Assembly (NCBI GenBank): GCA_965248435.1
Contig: OZ252100.1
Span: forward strand, 2,464,001 to 2,528,000
DNA length: 64,000 nucleotides
Source: Candidatus Latescibacterota bacterium
Lineage (GTDB): Bacteria > Latescibacterota > UBA2968 > GCA-2709665
Direction: 5' to 3'
Shown one piece after another: positions 59,162 through 64,000 of this stretch. A program made the position numbers and the translations under genes. Positions within the stretch are counted from its first letter, which is position 1. Every line of letters begins with the position of its first letter. Below the pieces are notes generated by a model that worked only from the letters and a program-made list of their open reading frames with translations, was not told where the DNA came from and searched no databases.

Positions 59162-59582
59162 AAGACGTGAGCTTTCTCCCCCTTCCCTTTAGGGAAGGTT
59201 CTTCGCCGAATGTTGGGGTCAAGCTAATGAGCTCTGTTGCACCGCTGAATGCCATCCGGGCCGCGGTGTGCGACTCCCTTTCGTGATGCATCTTGAAATC
59301 CCCCTCAGTCCCCCTTTTCCAAAGGGGGAAGAGTTTCATTAATGCGTGTGTTTGAACGAAAGCAATGTCATCGCTCAAAACCATCAGGGCCGCGGTGTGC
59401 GACTCCCATGCAACCTCGTTCTTTCACCTCCCACGCGGTTGGGCCCTCTGCGCCGGTCCCATCGAGGACGTCAAGCGGGGCAGGAATCCCGCCCTGATTG
59501 CCGCCACCGTCCTTTCCGCTGAGGGTGAGGTGCCGCGGCCGAAGCCCCCGCGGCGTTTGAGCAGCGCCCTTCTTTTGCCTTC

Positions 59583-59647
59583 GGGCGCGGCACGCCGCGC
59601 CCCTACGGCGAAATCTTGGAGTGTAGAGGCACAGCCGCGCTGTGCCC
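59583..59647. repeat. Divergent doublet of GTAG-type REP palindromes
   Basis: GTAGGGGCGCGGCGTGCCGCGCCC on the minus strand (59583-59606) and GTAGAGGCACAGCCGCGCTGTGCCC on the plus strand (59623-59647). Confidence 0.75.
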
Positions 59648-59859
59648 AAGGGTGGTGGTTGCGGTAGCCCTTTTCTTGTGGCGAGACAAGAAAAGCATGC
59701 CCTGAGCTTGCCGAAGGGTGGACCGCCGGAGGCATGGGGTTCTGGGGTGGGGCGAACAGATTAGGGAGCAACGAGAGATAGCCACTTTTTCCTCTTGCCC
59801 TCCCCTAGATTCGGTGAAGAGCCTTAGCGAAGGGGGGCTGGGGGGGGTTAGGTCCGAGA

Positions 59860-61617
59860 ATGTCACGTAATTCTAATTTCACCCTATCCTGCACCGTCGA
59901 CTTCCCGGACGACATCATCTACGGTCCGTACAGCGAACCCCTCCTGGACAAAATGATGCAGAAGATGGTGAGCATGGGCGTCAAGCGCATCTTCTGGAAT
60001 TTTTACGAGAACGAAATTTTTGATCGGTCCGTCTTTCGATATGGATACCAGACGCTTTCTCTGATTGGCGAACCCGTCAAGGCCGCGGTTCCGGTTGCAC
60101 ACAAGCACGGACTGGAGATCTACGCGGGGATAAAGCCGTTCAACGCAGGAACTTCAGGCTCTTTTCCAGAGGGATCGCCTGATGCCCGCGACCGCACGCT
60201 CTCCTGCATAGGGGGCAAGATCGCCCACGCCATGCCGTTTGTCGAAAATCACCCGGAGAAGAGGATTCGCAGGCGGGAATGCGACATATCGCCTGACCAC
60301 CCCGTCGAGAAGATCCGTCTTATCAAAAGAGATGACGCGCCCACACGGCTGAGAAAAGAAAACCTGGAGATCTGGACGAGCCAGAACAACCATCTCTACG
60401 AACGCAGACCCATCGAGTTCTCGCTCGAGGAAAATGTGCAGCCCGCACCACGTGAGATCATCGACTATTTCGGTGCCCTCGTGACGTCCAAAGGCGCCCC
60501 CGTCCAAGTGCTGACGCTGAAGGGCCTGAATCTCACCGATCGGTATATTCTTATCACCACAAATTTCAAGGACGATGCGGGCGATTTTCAGAACACCGCG
60601 GTCGGAATGATCGAAGCTTATGGGCCCGGTGATGAACGCTTGTCGATCGTCGTCGCGACGAGAAGGGCCGCGCTTTGTCGAACGCGTGATTTCAGAACTT
60701 ATGGTCTGGAATTTGACTCCGGCCTGGGGCCGGTCCAATTCTCGCTGGACGTATACAACGCGCCGGGTGGAGGAGAGGGCGGATACCTCATCGCCGAACA
60801 GGGCGGCGTCATCGCCTTCGCCAGGGGCAAGAACCAATACCTGCCCTGTGCACCCTGCGAGGCGTATCCGGAAGTCCGCGATTACTGGATGGGACAGGTT
60901 CGTCAAATGCTGGATGCCGGCGTGGATGGAATCGACATTCGCACCTCCGCGCACGGCAGCAATTCCGACGAGCCTCACGAGTTCGGGTTCAACGAACCGA
61001 TCGTAGATGAGTATCGGAGGAGATTTGGAAACGACCCGACCACTGATCAGGAAGACCTGAAGAAGATTGCCGAATTGCGCGGCGAGCACTACACCGCTTT
61101 CTTGAAAGAGGCTAGCCAGGCCGTCCGGGAAAATGGAAAGAAGATGCACGTCCACCTCCACGCCGAGGCCTTTCGCCCCGATCCTTGCTACGGTCAGCTG
61201 ATGGCCTTTCCGGCGAATCTCCACTTCGATTGGAAGCGCTGGCTCAGAGAAGGGCTGATCGACAGCGCCACGCTGCGAACCAGCTGGTGGGAGGCCGTAG
61301 AGGATGCATCCGACAAGGAACCCAGCCGAAGCCGACTGGAAAATGCGCTGGAGGATCCCGTTGTGAAGGAGATGCTCTCAGTCTCCAACGAAGTGAACGT
61401 CCCGGTCACGATCAATCGATACGTCCACCGTGCCGTCGGCACCGAAGAGTACGTCTCCGACCTGGAGACCATCTTCAACGATAACCGGTTTTCGGGCTTT
61501 GACCTTTATGAGTTCAAGAACCTCGCGCGCCCCACGCCGGATGGGTCTCGGTTGATCCATTACGAGGACAGGATCGATCGCATCATCCCGAAGGTGACCG
61601 AGCTCGGTCTTTTGTAA
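59860..61617 (+). CDS. Hypothetical protein, possible glycoside-hydrolase-like TIM barrel
   Basis: AHKHGLEIYA, PEVRDYW...GVDGID and FGFNEPIVDEY motifs. Confidence 0.6.
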   Translation: MSRNSNFTLSCTVDFPDDIIYGPYSEPLLDKMMQKMVSMGVKRIFWNFYENEIFDRSVFRYGYQTLSLIGEPVKAAVPVAHKHGLEIYAGIKPFNAGTSGSFPEGSPDARDRTLSCIGGKIAHAMPFVENHPEKRIRRRECDISPDHPVEKIRLIKRDDAPTRLRKENLEIWTSQNNHLYERRPIEFSLEENVQPAPREIIDYFGALVTSKGAPVQVLTLKGLNLTDRYILITTNFKDDAGDFQNTAVGMIEAYGPGDERLSIVVATRRAALCRTRDFRTYGLEFDSGLGPVQFSLDVYNAPGGGEGGYLIAEQGGVIAFARGKNQYLPCAPCEAYPEVRDYWMGQVRQMLDAGVDGIDIRTSAHGSNSDEPHEFGFNEPIVDEYRRRFGNDPTTDQEDLKKIAELRGEHYTAFLKEASQAVRENGKKMHVHLHAEAFRPDPCYGQLMAFPANLHFDWKRWLREGLIDSATLRTSWWEAVEDASDKEPSRSRLENALEDPVVKEMLSVSNEVNVPVTINRYVHRAVGTEEYVSDLETIFNDNRFSGFDLYEFKNLARPTPDGSRLIHYEDRIDRIIPKVTELGLL

Positions 61618-61763
61618 TCGGGCACTTTTGGCTGTGGACCCGACCCCGGCTTGAGGCACGCCGGGGCACGTCCAGTCGGGGAAAGGGCTATTGGCAGGGC
61701 ATTCAGGCCCGTGATTTGGGGTGCAGGGGTCACCTATGATTTTTCGAACACACTAGAACGGAT

Positions 61764-62663
61764 ATGAGCACAATGGGAAATAAAACATCCGCCGGAAAGG
61801 CTTTCAGACAGGCCATTGCGGAAGAACAGCCGCTCCAGGTCGTGGGGACCATCAACGCCTTTTCTGCCTTGATGGCAAAGCGTGCCGGGTTCCGGGCGAT
61901 CTACCTCTCCGGCTCTGGCGTCGCGGGCGCATCCTACGGGCTTCCCGACCTGGGGATCATCACGCTCGATAACGTCCTCGACGACACCCGCCGCGTTACT
62001 GATGCCGTGGACCTTCCTCTCCTGGTCGACATCGACACCGGATTCGGGGGCACGGAGTTCTCGATCGCCCGCACCATTCAGACTCTGGAAAAAGCGGGTG
62101 CTGCCGCAGTACATTTGGAAGACCAGGTGCTTCAAAAGCGGTGTGGCCATCGTCCGGGCAAAGAGGTCGTCTCACGGGAAGAGATGTCCGACCGCATCGG
62201 AGCCGCCGTCGACGCGCGGTCCGATCCCGAGTTCATGATCATCGCCAGGACGGATGCCTTCGCCAGCGAAGGGCTGAAGGGTGCTCTCGAAAGGAGCAAA
62301 GCCTATGTGGATGCCGGAGCGGACGCCATCTTCGCGGAAGCCCTGACGACAGTCGAGGAATACGAGACATTCACGAAGGAACTCTCGGCCCCTGTCCTCG
62401 CGAATCTGACCGAATTCGGAAAGACCCCCCTCTTCTCGCTCGAAGAAATGCGTAAGGCCGGTGTGGCGATCGTCCTCTATCCCCTGTCGGCATTCCGGGC
62501 GATGAACAAGGCGGCAGAAGAGACCTACCGAACGATCAGGGGGGAAGGGTCGCAATCCTCGTTTTTGGACAGCATGCAGACACGAGAGGAATACTACGAC
62601 CTGCTCGACTACTACGCCTATGAAAGCACGGCCGATCGCTTGCAGAAGGGAGAACAGGAATGA
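61764..62663 (+). CDS. prpB: 2-methylisocitrate lyase
   Basis: YLSG, GLPDLG, DIDTGFG, KRCGH, ARTD and TEFGKT motifs. Confidence 0.97.
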   Translation: MSTMGNKTSAGKAFRQAIAEEQPLQVVGTINAFSALMAKRAGFRAIYLSGSGVAGASYGLPDLGIITLDNVLDDTRRVTDAVDLPLLVDIDTGFGGTEFSIARTIQTLEKAGAAAVHLEDQVLQKRCGHRPGKEVVSREEMSDRIGAAVDARSDPEFMIIARTDAFASEGLKGALERSKAYVDAGADAIFAEALTTVEEYETFTKELSAPVLANLTEFGKTPLFSLEEMRKAGVAIVLYPLSAFRAMNKAAEETYRTIRGEGSQSSFLDSMQTREEYYDLLDYYAYESTADRLQKGEQE

Positions 62664-63787
62664 GTACGGACAAGAACGAAACGACTGCCCTTGGATTGCG
62701 AGGAATAAAGGCGGGTCACACATCGATCTGCACGGTAGGCGGGGAGGGACACGGCCTCCACTATCGCGGCTACTCGATCGAAGACCTTGCGCCCAAAAGC
62801 AACTTCGAGGAGGTATCCTACCTGCTGTTGAACGGAGAGCTGCCTTCTCGGGGAGAGCTTGACGAATGGTCCACGCGGCTGATGCACAATCGCCACCTGC
62901 CAGAATCCGTCAAAGGCATCCTCTCTTCTCTTCCTGCTGATGCGAATGGAATGGACGTCCTGCGCACGGGCGTCTCCGTCCTCGGAATCGCAGAGCCCGA
63001 AATCGGTCTCGAAAATGGAAAAGAACGGGCCGTCCGGCTGCTCGGCGCACTACCCTCCATGCTGGGTTGCTGGATCCTCGGGACGAGCGGCTCCGAGGTG
63101 CCCTACGACATCGAGACAGACAGCTTCGCAGAATACGTTCTGAGGATGGTAAAGCCCGAGGCGCCCAACGAACTCGAGTGTAAGATGATGGACTGCTCCC
63201 TCATCCTCTACGCGGAGCACGAGTTCAACGCCTCGACCTTCACAGCCCGAACGTGCGCGTCGACCCTCTCCGATTTTTATTCGTGCATCACCGCAGCGAT
63301 CGGTACGCTCAGAGGCCCTCTGCACGGCGGCGCGAACGAAGCCACGATGGAACTCGTCAGCCGCTTTTCTAATCCGGACGAAGCGGTCAAGGGCATCCAC
63401 GAAATGCTCAACGAAAAGCAGATCGTGATGGGATTCGGGCACGCCGTCTACAAGGTCCGGGACCCCAGAAACGAAACGATAAAGGAATGGGCCCGAAGGC
63501 TCTCTGAGGCCAGGAACGACACGAAGCTTTTCGATATATCGAAGGCCATCGACGAGTTGATGCACGAAGAGAAGGGCCTCTTCCCGAACCTCGACTTCTA
63601 CTCCGCAACGGCCTACCACATGGCCGGCATCAAGACAGAGCTCTTCACGCCCCTGTTCGTCCTGAGTCGGACCAGCGGCTGGTCCGCCCACGTCCTGGAA
63701 CAGCGGAGCAATAACAAACTCATTCGTCCGCTGGCCAACTACCAGGGCCCCGAGCCGCGCGAATACATCCCGATCGAGACACGCTGA
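62660..63787 (+). CDS. prpC: 2-methylcitrate synthase
   Basis: [27 protein letters not shown] and PNLDFY; follows prpB. Confidence 0.93.
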   Translation: MSTDKNETTALGLRGIKAGHTSICTVGGEGHGLHYRGYSIEDLAPKSNFEEVSYLLLNGELPSRGELDEWSTRLMHNRHLPESVKGILSSLPADANGMDVLRTGVSVLGIAEPEIGLENGKERAVRLLGALPSMLGCWILGTSGSEVPYDIETDSFAEYVLRMVKPEAPNELECKMMDCSLILYAEHEFNASTFTARTCASTLSDFYSCITAAIGTLRGPLHGGANEATMELVSRFSNPDEAVKGIHEMLNEKQIVMGFGHAVYKVRDPRNETIKEWARRLSEARNDTKLFDISKAIDELMHEEKGLFPNLDFYSATAYHMAGIKTELFTPLFVLSRTSGWSAHVLEQRSNNKLIRPLANYQGPEPREYIPIETR

Positions 63788-63801
63788 CCTCGCTCCCGGC
63801 C

Positions 63802-64000
63802 ATGTCCTCCCATACTCCGTCAAAGAGCCGTCCCGATTTCGATTCCGAAATCGTGGACATCGCGGACTACGTCCTCAAGTCTCGAATCGATTCGGCCGAG
63901 GCCGTCAACACGGCACGACTCTGCCTGATGGACAGCATCGGCTGCGCGATCCTCGCCTTGAAATTCCCGGAATGTCGCAAAATGCTGGGCCCGATCGCGC
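63802..64000 (+). CDS. prpD: 2-methylcitrate dehydratase, 5' part (truncated by window edge)
   Basis: RPDFD..IVDIADYV...TARLCLMDSIGC...LLGP-like; follows prpBC. Confidence 0.9.
   Translation, partial: MSSHTPSKSRPDFDSEIVDIADYVLKSRIDSAEAVNTARLCLMDSIGCAILALKFPECRKMLGPIA

Noticed and set aside
59266-59410. Group II intron 5' end (GTGCG)
   Set aside because: No domain V/VI motif or reverse transcriptase is nearby

Overview
High-GC bacterial chromosomal window. The T9SS/FlgD-type C-terminal domain, dockerin/cohesin modules and a GWxTD protein suggest an FCB-group organism such as Ca. Latescibacterota (inference only). Bases 1-6000 hold six toxin-antitoxin(-like) gene pairs interleaved with four co-oriented ~90-bp triple-hairpin repeats that look like the end of an IS200/RAYT-type element. 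Next come a ~2060-aa secreted FN3/cohesin/dockerin protein, a low-complexity secreted protein, a 424-bp internally deleted IS30 copy, and a full 1055-bp IS30 that interrupts a TPR-GWxTD gene. The rest includes a TolC-MFP-RND-TetR operon with two lesions, tRNA-Leu(CAG), HDOD signalling proteins, a broken ndh, fbp, a MoxR/GXGXG/vWA operon, pyrH-like/purD/purE, a FliG-C/MotA-loop fusion, several catabolic enzymes and prpB-prpC-prpD. Intergenic DNA is dense in repeat families. One is a GGTACC-containing ~22-bp unit that usually starts 2-5 nt after stop codons. There is also a candidate riboswitch/sRNA at ~16.8-16.96 kb. All annotations come from reading motifs by eye; no database searches were run.
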